A model generated the notes under the pieces. It was given only the letters and a program-made list of their open reading frames with translations. It did no database searches and had not been told where the DNA came from. From NCBI GenBank assembly GCA_965153455.1, contig OZ234493.1, positions 20,574,213 through 20,638,212 on the forward strand: a stretch of 64,000 bases of DNA. The letters run 5' to 3'. Shown here piece by piece: positions 27,001 to 41,990 of this stretch (within the stretch, counting starts at the first letter, position 1; the number at the start of each line of letters is the position of its first letter). The stretch comes from Sphagnum compactum (taxonomy: Eukaryota). Position numbers and translations under genes: made by a program.

Positions 27001-30000
27001 CTAATAAAGACTGTGTGCTTCAATCAAAAAGTAGTTGATCATGATTCATGACCGAGGTTTTGTTTTTTTTTTTTTTTTAATAATTTGGGTGGGGGGGGGG
27101 GGGGGGGGGGAGCCAAGTTTGTGAGATAGATGAATTGGTTTAGCCAATTTTGGCTACAAGTCATATAGAAAATTTGATCTTTTTTTTTGAAACCCATACT
27201 GCTACATATTGATGATGGGGCAAGAAAACTATAGCCAATCCACCTATCTCACAAACTTGGCTATATTGGCTATATTCGGATATTTGAAAAAAAGAAATCC
27301 CTCAAAATATGACAACTTTGAGACTTTTTTTTCCCAAAAAAATCCTTTATACAAATCACAACCCACTCTTTTTATTTTTCACCAAGTGATATAAATTTCA
27401 CCTCAAAAAATCATTGATCATGACATAATAAAAATCTAATTTAAAATGATTATTCACTCCAAACACACATACGAATATCATCCTCACATACAATAAATAT
27501 ATAATTTAGAAATATTTTTTACTCCAAACGACACATGCAAATCACAACACACTTAAGTTACAACTTATATTACACCACATAAACATGGTAAAACAATACA
27601 AGGATATCATCACTTTGATAAAAATGACGATTTGTTTCCATACAATGATACAATTAACTTTTGAGTGAAATGTAATTTCAACTTATTCTTGAGGACGGTT
27701 CCAAAGTTGATTTCTAAGCAATTTTGATCTTTTTGGATTTGGATATTCTCACAATGTTCCCACCAAGTTCAAAAAGGTTGCCATGATATTCCGAGGCATT
27801 TTTTGAAAACTTCCCAACAGATTTCCAAAGTTCCCAAAATGTGCTCAAGACCAACAAAGATGAACATAGGAACATCACAACAAATTTATGTAAAGACCAT
27901 TTTAGTGCTACCATTGAAAATGCCCTCATGTATTAACCAAAACCCTAAAATTCAAAAAACCTAAACCTTATCTAAACCAAGGACTCTAGCCTCTAGCCTT
28001 CATTATTGGATACCTCCCAAAAATTTAAGAAATTAACATCAAATTTGTAGGTACCTTTATATGGTCTTCCTTTTTTTTTTAATTATGTTTTGTAACCAAC
28101 ACCAAAGTGCCACAAAAATTACAAAACTTTTGTGAAGTTCAAATAACATTCGGATGTCAATTCAGTTAACACCCAAGGGCCTAAATGGTGGTTTCTCACA
28201 TCATAGAAACTGAAAATCTTTGTCTTCAATTTAAAATGAAGGCGATTTAAATGTTTCTAGCCAAAATAGGCATTAATGTTACCCTAATTTAAAATGGGCA
28301 TGTATTTTTACCCTAATTTAATAGCATTTTATACATGATGTCCATTGTTGCTTCATACATGTTTTTCTTCCGATTTGATCACCAACCAACTTAATGTTTT
28401 TAAAAACTCATTTTACTAATTGTTCCCATGTTTTGATATCGCAAAATCATCCCATCCCCCACATAAGTTCGAGGATTGGTGCCATGACATCCTTGGGGGG
28501 CTAGCGTGTATGTGAAGAAGAAGAAGAAGAAGGAGAAATTTGGACTATCATGCACATCATTTTGTTGTCCTCATCTCTTCATCTCCACCCATTTTAAAAT
28601 TCTTTGTGGACAACATTAGAGGGTGTGTTCAACTTTAGGGCATTGAATTTCCAATGGGCTACTTCATTATCCCCACCATAGTAGCATGACAAGTTCCAAC
28701 ATTTCAGTGTGGAATCATTTTATTTATTTTTAAATGAGTTGATGTTGAAAAATAGAATAATCTGAAATATTATTCCCTTTTTTTTTTCACAAATTTTTGT
28801 TCTTTGATTTTTGGAATTTTTTTTTTTTCAAGATTGCAGCATTTTTGAAGAAAATAATATAATTGGTAGTGTCAAAAACTGCTCTATGTATTATTAAGGT
28901 ATTATTACCTCTCAACAGTGATTTTTTTTTTTTCTTCAATGTTCTGATTATTTAATCATTGGCTAGCATCTCAAGAGGGATTTGGCATTAAATGGCAACA
29001 AGCTTTAAGAAAATAAATAAATAAATGGTTTAAAAAAGTAGTTGAAAAAATGGGACCAAAATCAAATCCAAGCCTAAATGTAACAAAGAAATTCCAAAAA
29101 ATATTGGCGGAAATTTGGCAAAATTTTCAAGAAAAAATGGGAATATTGCTACAAAATATTCCTTTAATTTTTATTTTTCACATTTTGGCGAAATGTCGCA
29201 CCAAAAGAACGCTGCTCTCACGCATCGCAATGAACCCCCAAAGGAAATTGAGAAATAAAAAAGAAAACAATAAATAAATACTTTAAGGAACCCTAAAGGT
29301 AACTGCCAATTCAATTCCCATTAGGGCTACCACCCCGCCGGGTACGGGGTGAGGTCCTGAGACCCGTCCCGCCGGTTCGCATGATCGAGAAGATAATTAT
29401 TGGCGACAAAGGACGAATCAGAACACGACAGGCAGAAGATTCGATCGAAGCCGTCGATGGGTGCATCATTGAAAGCATCCAGGCGGTCGGAAAACTGCCA
29501 AAAGCCTGCGGTGAATAGAGACATCTCAGCCGTTGAGACTCCTGGAGAAACATCTCCGCCGTTCGCCGCTGATGGAAAAAAAAAAGGGCCCCGCCTGCAT
29601 AGCGCACGATGGTACGCACATTCCGAGAGAATCCAGATGCAGAGAATCGATCCACAACCGTCCGATGGATACAGGCTTTTGGATCTGAACCGTGGTCGTG
29701 CTTTCCCTGGAGTCAGGGAATCGTATCTGAACAGAATTTCAGCAGGAGTGCACTTTTTCACTTTAATAATGACAAAAAGCCTAGTCAAAGTAGTTACCAA
29801 CTCCAGTTTTTAAAATTTCAGTGTGAACACAGAAAAAAGCTCATTTATGGCTCAAAAACATGGACACCTGTGAAAAACTCTTTACACGTGTAAGTTTCCT
29901 ATTTGTTGGAAACCCAATCCAATTTTGTCAGACCTTAGCCTTTCTAGGGCGTGACACACGGCAAAAATGAATGGCGAAGAGGAGGCCAAGACTCAAAGTG

Positions 30001-33000
30001 GGACCAAGTTTAGTAAGGCGCTAGATTAGCCAAAAAACCAACCCCCCCCCCCCCCCCCAAAAATTAATGGGGCTAAATTAATAGCCAAAAGGTGACCACT
30101 AAATAGGTACTAGGTATGTTCATCTAAAGGAACTAAATAAATAAATAAATACGTGCTTTTTGTGGGATGTGGGACCTTAAGGAAAAAAGATAAGCCCTCT
30201 CCTGAATGCATATGTTGAGTGATCTCATTGGCCGCATGTAAAAGGCAAAATAGTTTTCCGAAACCAGAATATTCTGCCATTTCGCCCTTTTCATTTGAAA
30301 ACTTTTTGGCCTAAAAGCAAAACCCCACCCCCCCCCCAAAGAAAAAAAAAACTGTTTTTTTGGGGGAGGGTGTCACCACACTTGTGTCTATTGGCTTAAA
30401 AGTTCCTTGAAATAATGTCGCCAATTAAGTGGATATCTGCCTAGGGATGGATGTTCGTCACCTTGGCTCCACCAGGAAATTTGGAAAAAAAAAAAATTGA
30501 AAAAGAAAGGCACAGGTTGCGACAATTTGTGACCATTTTTGACCTGAACGAATACCCTTTCGATCGAAGAGTGCGTGTGTACGTATTTGTGATTCATATT
30601 AATTAGTTGTGGGGACCCCCAAAGTTCAAATTTGTTTTCTCTGTGATGGGTATCTTGGATTGCCTCATCAGAGAGAAATTTACTCGAGCGAGCTTTCGAG
30701 AGTCCCAAAATCGATACTGTAGTTAATCTAGGTTGTTTGTTTGGGGAGCAAGCTGCAAATGTGCCTAAGATGCTTAATAATTTATTTATTTTTGTCAGAT
30801 ATGTTCGGCAGTAGAAATAAAAAATAATTTATAATTTCGTATTATACCAAATAATGAGGCCATTCTGGTTGAGAGCTCCATTCAGATTTTTGGCAATTTC
30901 AAAAAATAATTAATTAGTGCTTAACCGGCCTAAGTACTAGGGTGTATTGTATGTCTCCTTCTTCAGGCTGCTTGTATATACTCACAAGAGTAGAACTTAA
31001 GCAAAGCTTATGGAACAAAGTGAGGTGTTATTGGGAACATGCTGGGGAACATGTTGAGAACTCATTGAGAACTTGATGAAAACAACCAGAAATCGAGCAC
31101 CCCCCACCCACCCTCAAAAAGGAAAAAAATTTGACCTCAAGTGCATGTTGGCTCATCTTATGGCCCTCAGGAATTTCCATGCCTACCTATGTCTTTTACC
31201 ATTTTTGGCCTAGGCTAATGGCAAGGGCAGAATTAGACTGGGGCACATAGACGACTCACCATGCACCTAGTGGCCAAGAGGGCCCATTGTTTTTCCTTTG
31301 CGGAGGAGGGGCTTTACACAATAATGACAAAGCAAAGTTTTAGGTCAGGAGGTTTCGTAATGTTACCGCTAAACATATGTGCACTAAACGTGTAAGCACT
31401 AACCATCTAGAGATTTACATGACAATTGGAACCTGAGAAAGCCAATGAATGAAAATGTCAATTGTAAATGACGAAAATGGATGATATGTAAAACCTTTTT
31501 GTTTTGGTGTTCACTAAACAGGATGTGAAGAAACTGGGACATAGAATGATCAATATGCTGTAAGAGCATCTCCATTAGTTTTTTCAACCCCACACATAAA
31601 AACTTAAACTGAAATTGCAAATGGGTGGTAGACTTGTGGTACTCGCAATCTACTTGCACCAATGATTCGATTGGTCAATTATTAGGAACTGGGAGCAGCA
31701 GTCAGATCATATTTATTACACTCTTCTCCAGCGGGTGTTAGGCCTTGTTGTGCCTTTTACAACTGTGCAAAAATATTGTGCTAAAATCATTTTGCTAAGC
31801 CAAACCAGCACCATTTTTTTGACATTTCTTCATCCAATTTCGACTTGGAGGGTCACTACTCAAGTGTCGTAGCGGTGTGAAAATGGGCATGCTTTCTCTA
31901 AACTTGCACTTTGAGTAGTGGAGGTTTCCAAAATTCGGTAAAATTGGCTAGTCGTACCGATTGGCCCATGTGTGGTATAAAAAAAATTCTTCAATAGTTA
32001 TTTATTATTTTTGAATGAGGGAGAGACAAACAAAATAACACTAAATTTGGATGTTATAAATATTGATATTGTCTAAAATATAGTGCATGGCTAGAGTTGC
32101 TCTAATGGGCATCATTGAGAGGAACATGCATCAACAAACTTTTGAATATTTTAATTGGATAGAGAGCAACATTTTAAATTTGTTGCACTTGTTTAGTATT
32201 TGCTTGTTAAAATGACATGTTTAGTATTTGCTTCTTCAAATGTAAAGGTAATTTTAAGTGTGGGGGAAGTCAGATTTCTGAAGTGTATGATTTCATAGAA
32301 AGTGAGTGATGATTTGTTGCTCAAAAGGCACATTTACACTGATCAAATAAGTTTTACCAAGTTTTTTTTAAAAAAAATTCTTAACACTAAACATAACACA
32401 GGGGCAAATCCTGGGTGTCAGGAATGTTCTCATCCCTTGGGATTTTGTGAATGACACCGTCCTTGGGATTTACATGTTGTAAAAGAATTGGACAAATCTA
32501 CATTAACAAGAAATGGAGGAATAAGAGTCAATCTTACAAATTGTAAGATTGGCCGGAATGAACCTTCACGGCGTCTTCTTTTCCAAAAATTTGTGAAGTA
32601 GGTGGGTTGGCGATCATGCACAAGACAATGTAGCCAAATTTGGCTAAAGGTTAGAGGAGGAAGTAGCCACTTTTACAACCCCCCTCTAATTTTTTGGCAA
32701 CTTGTTAGAATCTATTCTCTAAATATGGCAACTTTAGATTTATTTTTTCCTCCTAATGTGGCAACTTGGTATCTTTTGTACCTTCTTTTCTTTCTCAACA
32801 GGTTGCAAAATTTTGCCCCAAAAAAAAATACCATACACTAGCACACCATGAGGATGAATGGTGTGTGAATGAGAAATATTTTTCATTGTATTCTTACTCC
32901 ATATTTAACCATGGAGGTTAGCTATGTACTAACCATCCACATGCATCTACCTAGTAGCCACCAAGTGCCTTACCCACTTATGTGCCTACGTATTGACCAT

Positions 33001-36000
33001 TTACATTCCTTACCTACCTACTATATTAATCCAAAAACATAAAGACCTAGTAAATAATTTATAGTGTATATGGAGAGGATATGTTAAAAGGCATATTTTT
33101 GTCGAGCTCCACAAACAATGGGAACTTTTGAGAAGTTCTTGTCTTTTCATTTTAAGTTTCTCTCAATTCAAAAATTTCATATGCTTTCAATCTATCTATG
33201 AAGGAAGGTAGTTTGTTTTGTTTTGTAGTCATGAGATCCACTGAACCAGGATGCTTCAGATCGTGTTCTTCGTGTCTTTGGAAACCTCTCAATGAGAAGG
33301 GGTGCATGGGCTTGGTTCCATGGCGTTCGGACTTGCGGTGCAAAAGTTCTTCAATATGGAATGATTTCTTCACTGGGAATTAGATTAAATAGTAGCTGAA
33401 AATTTCAGAGTAATTGGAATGTGCCTTTGATGTTGTTGGAAAGATCTTGATGAGCAGTATCTTTTAGATCAAAGGATGTTTTGAGATTAGATAACATGTT
33501 TTGCACTTTCTTTCAATGCTTTTAAATTTAATTTAAATTTAATCTATTTTAAGCCAAAGTGAATGTTATTCAAGTATGGGCATTATCTGATCGTTAAATA
33601 ATTTTTAATTTTTTTAAACAAGGATTTATAAAACTGAAAACCCATTTAAATATATGCAACAAATTAATTGCAAATATATATTTCAGCATTTGACATCAAT
33701 TAAAAGCTTCCTACACACATAATAGAAAGAAAGATTCAAAGTAATAACAAGAATGCAAAAATGATGAAATTCTACTAATATTCATTGAAAATCTCAGTTA
33801 TTTGGCAACATTGTAGTCTTGCTACAAAAAATCACACTAAATCAATCAAGTTGTGAATTGTAAAATATTTTGTATTGTAGAATTGGTATGTGCCTAAGAA
33901 AACACTAAGAATCAAGAAAATTACATTGTACAAGCTACTACAAGTCAAGTATGAAGAAAAATGTATTGCAAAATCATTTTTAACATTCTTGCATGCTTCA
34001 TAAGAAATCACCTATTGTGCTTTGTTATAAAATGCTCGTAGTTATGTTGCAATTTGTTGAGTGTGTAAATTGATGTCCACCAATGTTTGTCATTATTGTA
34101 GGTCTTCTTCTCTCATAGTTTGCCATCAACTCTATGAAAAAAACAAGTATATTCAAAGAATTTCAACATGCACCATCATCATGGTCATCTTCCAAAGTTC
34201 TGTTAGATTGAATATTTAAAGCACTTCGAGCCACAAACTTGGAGCCATTGACTTTTGTTCCTTGAAGGGTTGGAGGTTCATTTTTGTAAGTAGCACATTC
34301 TCCTTGTTTGGATGTTCAAAAACAAAAGTCAATGCACAAGAAGTGTTAAAGCTTACATACTAAAAATTTAAAATTTAAAATTTCACAATTCAAATTGAAA
34401 GAGAAAATTCAAAATGGAAAGTTACCAACCTTCAATTTCTTGAAGCATTGATATTTCTCAACCAAAGCTTCCTATAAGGAAATGATCATTAGAAATCTTG
34501 ATCAATATGATTCTATGAACAACTCTATTTCTAAGCTCATTATTATCGTAGTACGTGAATAGTTTTGGCACAAATTATTATTATTTTGTTTTGTTGAATT
34601 TTTCACAAAAAACATTATGTCAACAAATTTGGAGATTCAATCAAAATGTAATCAAGGTAGGTAGACTTGAACTCGTGCCTTATCCAACAAAATAGCATAA
34701 ATTGTCACTAGTCTAAATGAAAGGACAACAAGAAACTTCTAAAATGTCTAATGATTTTATTATATTTAATCCTTATATGTTGAAAATTTTTAAATCAAAA
34801 ACTCAAGTGCCAAATCAAAAACTTAAAATTATATTAATTATTCTGCACATTAATGCTGAAACTACCCAAGTACTATGGTAGTCTAATTATACCTACAAAA
34901 CAAAGAGTGCACTAAAACAAAAAAAGAAATCCTTATTTGGTGTAGCTATTGGGAAATTTTTATTCCATAATCAACTAAAACCAAAGCATTTGCCATATGT
35001 GTAATAGCAACTCCATGCCCCATTTCGTTACTAATATTCTTTCCCCTCAATTTTAGAATATATATTTTTACATAAAAGCTTCAAATTATTCCTTCCAATG
35101 ATAAGTCTACATAAACCCAACATGATTATGCTTAGTAATGAACTTATTATTTAGAATTAAGAAAATAAGATGAGGAGAAAAGTCACCCCATTGAGGTTTA
35201 TGAAAAAGTAAAGTTTTGAAGATCTACATTACATCAACAATGTAACAATTTATTGGAGAGCGGGTGCAAGATAAGGTAGATTACTTTTTGCATCACATTG
35301 TAAGTTTTTACAAAGTGTAATGCATCAACATTTCATAAAATCATCATTGTGCCAAATTTGCCCATGCATTAAAATTTTCAACTTGAATAAAAAGACATCT
35401 ACGTAAAAAATTATAACATATATTTTCCACATATAGATATTGGACTCTTTTGTTTGTGACTTTATACAAAGACATTTGCATTTATGAATTTTGTTTGGGA
35501 TATTTTATAAGGATTCAATATATGATATGTTAAAGATAAAATAACATAGATGCAAAACATTTGTTAAAGTAACCTTAACCCAAGGAAAGATAAGGAGTTT
35601 TAAGATGGACCTTATTTTCAAAAGTCCATATCATACTCATTTTTTATGGAATTTATTTTTTAAACTTTAACATGCATGTTAAAGAGTAATCTAATTGGGC
35701 TTTTATTCACATAATCTTTATAATCTCATTAACTACGTTGAACCCCCCACTTAAACAATGATATCATAGTAAATTTCAATTTTAACACTACCAAACAAAC
35801 TTTTGATGGACTATTTATCCATTGGAATTGGTCCACCTTACCTTGCAACCACACCGAAGGTGTAATGGTGAGTAACAAAACAACAATCAACATCAAATTT
35901 TCAGTTTTTGTTAATTCCATGTTGATATTTGTAACATACAATCCAAAGCATAACGAAAATTGAAAGAAAAAGATTCAAAGGAACAAACAAGGTTAATCCC

Positions 36001-36079
36001 ATAAATTTTTCATTGTTTGTGTAGTGTTGTAACTCCATGATTGGGTAGGGCAAATTTTCACGTGAGATCATGCATTCTA

Positions 36080-37350
36080 ATTAAAACAAAAATAGCCATT
36101 GCCTTATCTTGTTTAGGTAGTGGTGTGTGGTGAAATGTATGGAACGGTTGAAAGCACTACATCTATCATTATAAGATAATTTTGTGCAACTATTAGAAAA
36201 CACTTAAAACATTTGGTGATAGAAAGATGACATCAAATTCTAAGAAGAATGGCATATGAGTTTGAAGAACTTCAAAGCACACCTTATATTTTTGGGGCAG
36301 TTAATGGTAACCACATCCTAATTATTGCACCACTTATAAATCCAACTTTTTACTATTGTTGAAAGGGGTTATATTCAACTTTACTACAAGGTGTGGTTGA
36401 TGAAAGTGTAAGTTTTGGGACTATGATTTTGGATGGGCTAGTTGTTGCCATAATTAAACATTATTCCAAAAATTTAACACTAGCAAAAAAATAATGAAAG
36501 GCACATTTTTCCATTTAAATTGATTAGAGATGCAACCTACCCAATGAGGTCATGGTTGTACTCACCATTCAAGGGTGAAAAAGAAGGATTACCAAAAGCA
36601 AAAACATATTGGAACTTCATACAACTTAATACTTAGATGGCAGTGGAAAGGGTTTTTGGAGTTTTGAAAGGACATTGGAAGATCCTATTGAAGATGTTAG
36701 ATATACCATTATGAAATATACCAAATGTGGTTATGGCTTACATTTGGGTGCCTCCATGCTAATAAGAGCCACACATGCCCACTTATGTGATTTTTATTTC
36801 AAAATATTCTTATAATATTTTTGGAATCTTTTGTTTGAAGTTGAAAAAAATCAAATTTGACTTAATAAGATGTTGTAATATATTATTATGTAAGTATTTG
36901 TTCAAAGAACTTCCCCCAAAATATGTCATGTTTAGAAATATCGCTAAAAATAGGAATGGTTATACTGTTTAATTAACACTAGTTCTAGTGTTTAATGAGT
37001 GTTTTAAAATATTCTATCTTCATCAATTTCATTTCAAATTATAACACATGTTTCCATAATAAATTAAAAATATTTTCATATAAACAAATGAAAGACTTGC
37101 AATATTAATATAGTTTTTGAAACAAAAACATGAAAAATTAAGCATTGGTTACACGTCTTGTGGTTCCTATTATTGTGAATGCACCCATTTGTCTTCATAA
37201 CCTATGCAATATCCATGGAAATCAATTTGACATGGAATGGGCTCAAGAAGCTAAACAAACAATGCAAATGGAAAACAATTATCTCCTTCAACAAATTCAA
37301 CACAAGGACATGTTTCATATCGCAAAACAAGTTATCAAAGAAATGTGCTA
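36080..37350 (+). mobile_element. Decayed PIF/Harbinger DDE transposase (HARBI1-like), split by a nested insertion
   Basis: KIAIALSCLGSG..FEELQSTPYIFGAVNGNHI..YYC*KGLYSTLLQGVVD..KFWDYDFGWAS..LIRDATYPMRSWLYSPFKG..MAVERVFGVLKGHWKIL..VMA [insertion] ICLHNLC. Confidence 0.9.
36746..37186. mobile_element. 441-bp TIR element nested in the Harbinger transposase
   Basis: About 28-bp imperfect TIRs GGGTGCCTCCATGCTAATAAGAGCCACA / GGGTGCATTCACAATAATAGGAACCACA. ATTT is duplicated on both sides. Confidence 0.8.
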
Positions 37351-39699
37351 ATTGAAGGCATTATTCAAGGAGAAGAAAGGGAAGAAGAACACAATTGAAC
37401 AAAGAAGGGGAAGAAGATGAAAATATTGAAGGCACATCAAAACCAAATAAAAATATAGAAATCATAATTTTAAAATGTTGTTAAAAGCCACACAAGCTCA
37501 TGAATTATTAGCCAACGCATTTTATGGCAATAAATGCATAATAAACTTTAATTTTTGGGAAAAAAACCATTACTTTATTAAAAAAAGGAACTTTTATAGG
37601 TGAACATTGTATTTTTTTTCATTTTTCTTTGGTTTAGTAATGTGTCATGAACCACAAACATGAAGCCTTATGGCCATTGAAAAATTGTACATTATATATT
37701 TTATGCACATTGAATTTATTTAATTTTCTTCATCTAACCATTGGATCAAGCTTAACTTTGATTCAAAATGAGCTTTGAATTCCAAAATGTTGTCATGCAC
37801 ATTTCAAATTATTATTTTTTATATTTAGAATTTTCAAAAGATGTCATCATGATTTCAACTTAATGCATACCTCTCACATTTGTTACACATCACTTTTTTG
37901 GGTGAAAAGTGGTGAAAAATGGCTCATATGTAGTGTTTTTTCACCCAATGCATAAAACCCATAAATATAGGATGAAAACTAAGGAACAAGATTTTCATTT
38001 ATACCATTAAGTATACGTCTAGGAATTGTGTTGCATGATGTTAGGGGGTTGAATGACCTCATAGTGATTCAAAAATTATGACAAATGTAAAGATCAAATT
38101 CTTAGTTTAGACATTTTATTGTTCCAAAAACACAAACTTCATGGAGATAAAGCAAAATCATACATCTAGGTCATCATTAATACAACAATGCCAAGGGGTG
38201 GTTCATGAAAGTTGACTTAAGATACTCCAATCATGAGGAAGGGGTTGGTAAAAGAGGGGTTCATACATTGGTGTTAAAAAGGAGAAGTGCAAAAAAACAC
38301 ATTTTTTGAATGGATTTTCAACAAAAAAATTTCAACTTTTAAATGGTCTTAAATTTAATTGATGTATATCAATATCATTAACCACAAAAAAATTATTACA
38401 AAATTCCATTTGCAACCCTAGTTTTGAAATATATTTGTAATTTTTCATACTTTATGACGTATTTATTTCGACACCAATATACTTCATGTGTTCAAATTTG
38501 TAAATGTTTGTTGAATTTCCTTTTTAAATAAACTAGTTTAAGTTTAAAGCTAAGGCAATATATTCGAAATGAGTAAAAAAATCCAAGATGCGATGTCCAC
38601 ATGTACCAAAAGAAACCAAATGTGAAATTTATGTTTTTGTGACTATAACTTTTGGGGGGCATAGTGTGTTTTCACCCCATTTCCCCTTCCTCTTGGTAGG
38701 ATGCATCTTGCCTTGGGGAATACCCACATTCTTGCACATGCGTCCATGTGGCTACCTTTGCAAGATGGACCAACTATAATGGTCCTTCACCAAGAATTAA
38801 AACATTCCTAGTTTTAGTTTTCATAAGAAGGTGGGCACCCTTAGGCTCGATCCTTACATTATGTAAGCCAGGTTTTGATATCTGAATCATATTCTACTTG
38901 TCTCTAAAGGTGATCTTCAATCATTTATATGCATCTTGGAACCAATCAAGCCAAAAACCATAACTGCCCTTCCTTGAATTTGTAAAATATGTGTTTGATA
39001 GCCCCTTACATTTGTTAATCCCTTACAATTTGCCTATTATTTTGGTAGATCTTTTGCCTTATTGACTCTTGCCATGAATGGTTTAGCCACCTGAGTTTCA
39101 AGAATAATGTTAAAGTTTCCACTATCTTGTGGTGCCTTTTTATCCTCTTGAATATCTAAAATTACATCCAAACCTTCCTTTGAGTTGATGCATTATCTAC
39201 CAAGGTTTTTGGATCTTGTTCTCCACAAATATAAAATTGTAATGAAGAAGGAGGAATGGGGATGTGGGATTCTTCAACAATAGCTTCCATAGTTTAAATG
39301 TTTATTGGCTCTCACCATTGCTTGCACTACAACCATTTGCATCATGTTGTAGTTCTTTATTCACTTGTTGAATTACACCTTATCACTCTTTAATAGATGG
39401 CTCCACAACCCCTTTTCTTTTAGTCGTTGTTTATATACCTTTTGACAACCCTAGCAAATTAGTTGATGGTTCCCATACTGGCTATAATTTTTCTTTCTTC
39501 CTTTTGTTTTTCCTTCTATTCACTATTATAGTAAAACCTTCTTCGCTTATCAATTACTTGCCCTTTTCACCTCTTGGTGCTTTTGCTTTACTAGGTTGCC
39601 CATTGCAACTTACAACCCTTTTTATTTTATTTTATTTATTTATTTTGGCACAAATGGAAAATCCATTGCAAAAATGAACCAACACATGGAGAAAGGAAA

Positions 39700-41990
39700 A
39701 GTGGATGGGAACACCCAACCCTGACCCAACCCAAAAAAACATTACCACGTAAAACTATTGTTAATGGGTAGTTGGTAGCACCATCTTATCCTCTTGTCAT
39801 CATGTGCACAAATAATAGGATGCATACCCCAAACTTCATGAAACACCTTAAATAATTTGGTTTCATCTTCGGGATGTTTCTTGATCAATTACAAAATATG
39901 ATGCCATTCTAATTTACCATAGTCCACAAGCCCTTTCCACATCAATTTTCTCAACTTAAAATCATGCCATTTATTCTTATTGTAGTCATTTCTTTCAATC
40001 CAAATGGACCACAATGTCACACTACGAAGTAATGTCCACAATGAACTATATCTCCTAAGTTTAGTAGGAAGCATTTTGTTAAATAAACATGTTTTAAGTT
40101 CAAAGCCTTCTAAATGTTAATGATGTGCAGTGACATTATTAATTGATATAGGAAAGAAAAGGCTATTTCCCAACCTTTTTTGGTCATAGGACAAAGCCAA
40201 AATCTATGAGTAATATAGATTGAGGCATTGAAAAATCACAAGATGGGCAATCAATCCTACTGTTTGGATTAATTTTGGCTCGAGCCATGTGTTTACCATG
40301 AAAGTTTGGTGCCACATAAAAAAAATAAAACCAAATTATTTTTTTGGCTTTTCTTTTTATCTAGACATCCTTCCATTTTAATTGGAAGCGTGGTGAGAGT
40401 ACCTACTACCATTTCTCATGTACATTATGAATGAATTTTTTTATTGAATTTTGTGGCTGCCTTCCTAACTTAACAACATATTTTGTCAACTCAAGTTGGC
40501 CATTCTAATTCAAGAACTCAAAGATAAATCTTTAAATGCACCATTAAACGTTTTAAGGGTTGTGCCATGTGCACCAACTTTGCCCCTGATTCAAATTTTC
40601 TTCAAAGTGCCTATAAGTGCCATCCTTTCTTTCAAAAATATTTGTAGACTTCAATTATGATTCCATCTAGGCTTAAAGATTTCCCATTGGCCAAGGCTTT
40701 CGTTACTAAATATAGTTCTTCCTTAGATAATGGCTTCGCTAAATAACCATTTTATGGTCTTTAATAATTATGTGGGATGGAATTAAAAACTCTAGTCTAT
40801 CTTAACTTCAATTGGTTGGGGGACTTTTTTTTTGCCATATACAAGTTGTTATAGAAGTTACAACATATATATTTTAATTATTTTTAATTTGTTACCACCT
40901 TTTCGCTTTCATCCTTAAGGGTAGTATTCAAGGTTTTACTAGTCCTAAATTTACCAATTGAGAAAAAATCTTTGCATATGGTGTTATCGTTCTACTTCCA
41001 TTTGAATTTGGCACAAAAGTGGACATTCATTTTCCAAAATGAATGCTTTGGGGGTAGCTTCAATTAGATCAACCACACAAGAGTCTGGGAGGTGGTATGA
41101 CCTAACCCCATTTCCTTTTGTTGCATATTGAAGGACTTGATTGGACTTGCCATGAGGGAAACTAATAGGGATGTCAATCGTGTCCAACCTTGCTAAAATT
41201 CTTTCTCCATCGTTTCTTTGGTTATCCCATGACTATCGTAAACTTCCAATTATCCTTTGAGGTTCTTGTACATCCAATGTTTTTTTAGAACCTTCTAGGA
41301 AAACAATTCGTTTTCAGAGATGACTTTTTTGCATTGTGATGATTTGTTGTCCAAACGTTCCATCGTGTCTAAATCTGCACAAAGGATCCGTTCACAATTT
41401 CTTGGAAGTTCTCCCTTTAAAAGTTCTCACAATTTTGCTCTTTCTATTGAATTATTTGGTACATATATGTTAATTATGCTTAAATCACCACATGGGAGTC
41501 CTTTAAGGTAGACTCATGCAACTTGTCCCCTTCTTTTTGCGTGTCATTTTCTTTGGGCTTAATGTTTCTCTCACTAAAATTATCCCATATATTTTCTTTT
41601 TCTAACTAATCCACACCCCCTTGCTCATTGATCTTCTTTGCTCCCACTTTGGCTTTAGCTAAGGTAAGACAATCTTTGACACAATTGAAAGCTTTGAGAC
41701 AAAATTTGTATGATTGGAACATAATCATAATTGATCAACATAATGGAAGATCCCCCATTAACTTCATTTTTCACCTCTAGAGTTATTTCCCACCCATTCC
41801 CAACTTCCAAGACTATGCAATACCTTTGCTTAGTTGATTGGAGAGTTCATTTGTCAAATCCCAACAATCTCCCCAAGTTAGAGGCAATTTCCCATCCCAC
41901 TCCCTTAAATTCCACTTCAAATTTTCGCAAGGTGACTCATGTTGGGATTTTCATTGCCATCGTTGGAAGATGCATTATTCCCAACTTGTT
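39700..41990 (-). mobile_element. Decayed, internally deleted L1-type LINE ORF2
   Basis: APE-like IINIYVPNNSIERAKL..RILCAD (about 41350-41490). Pre-RT segment KPLSKEELYLVTKALANGKSLSLDGIIIEVYK (about 40640-40740). C-terminal CPSC..HRFWLCP and LWTLLRSVTLWSIWIERND (39889-40250). Most of the RT core was not seen. Confidence 0.8.

Noticed and set aside
30100-30175. Plant snRNA-type promoter (USE-like GTCCCACATCC on the minus strand with TTTATTTA about 24 nt downstream)
   Set aside because: Both elements are imperfect, no recognisable snRNA follows, and T-runs and poly-G appear immediately.
31854-31920. miRNA-like hairpin CACTACTCAA...TTGAGTAGTG
   Set aside because: Only about 13 paired bases with a poorly paired interior; too short for a plant pre-miRNA.
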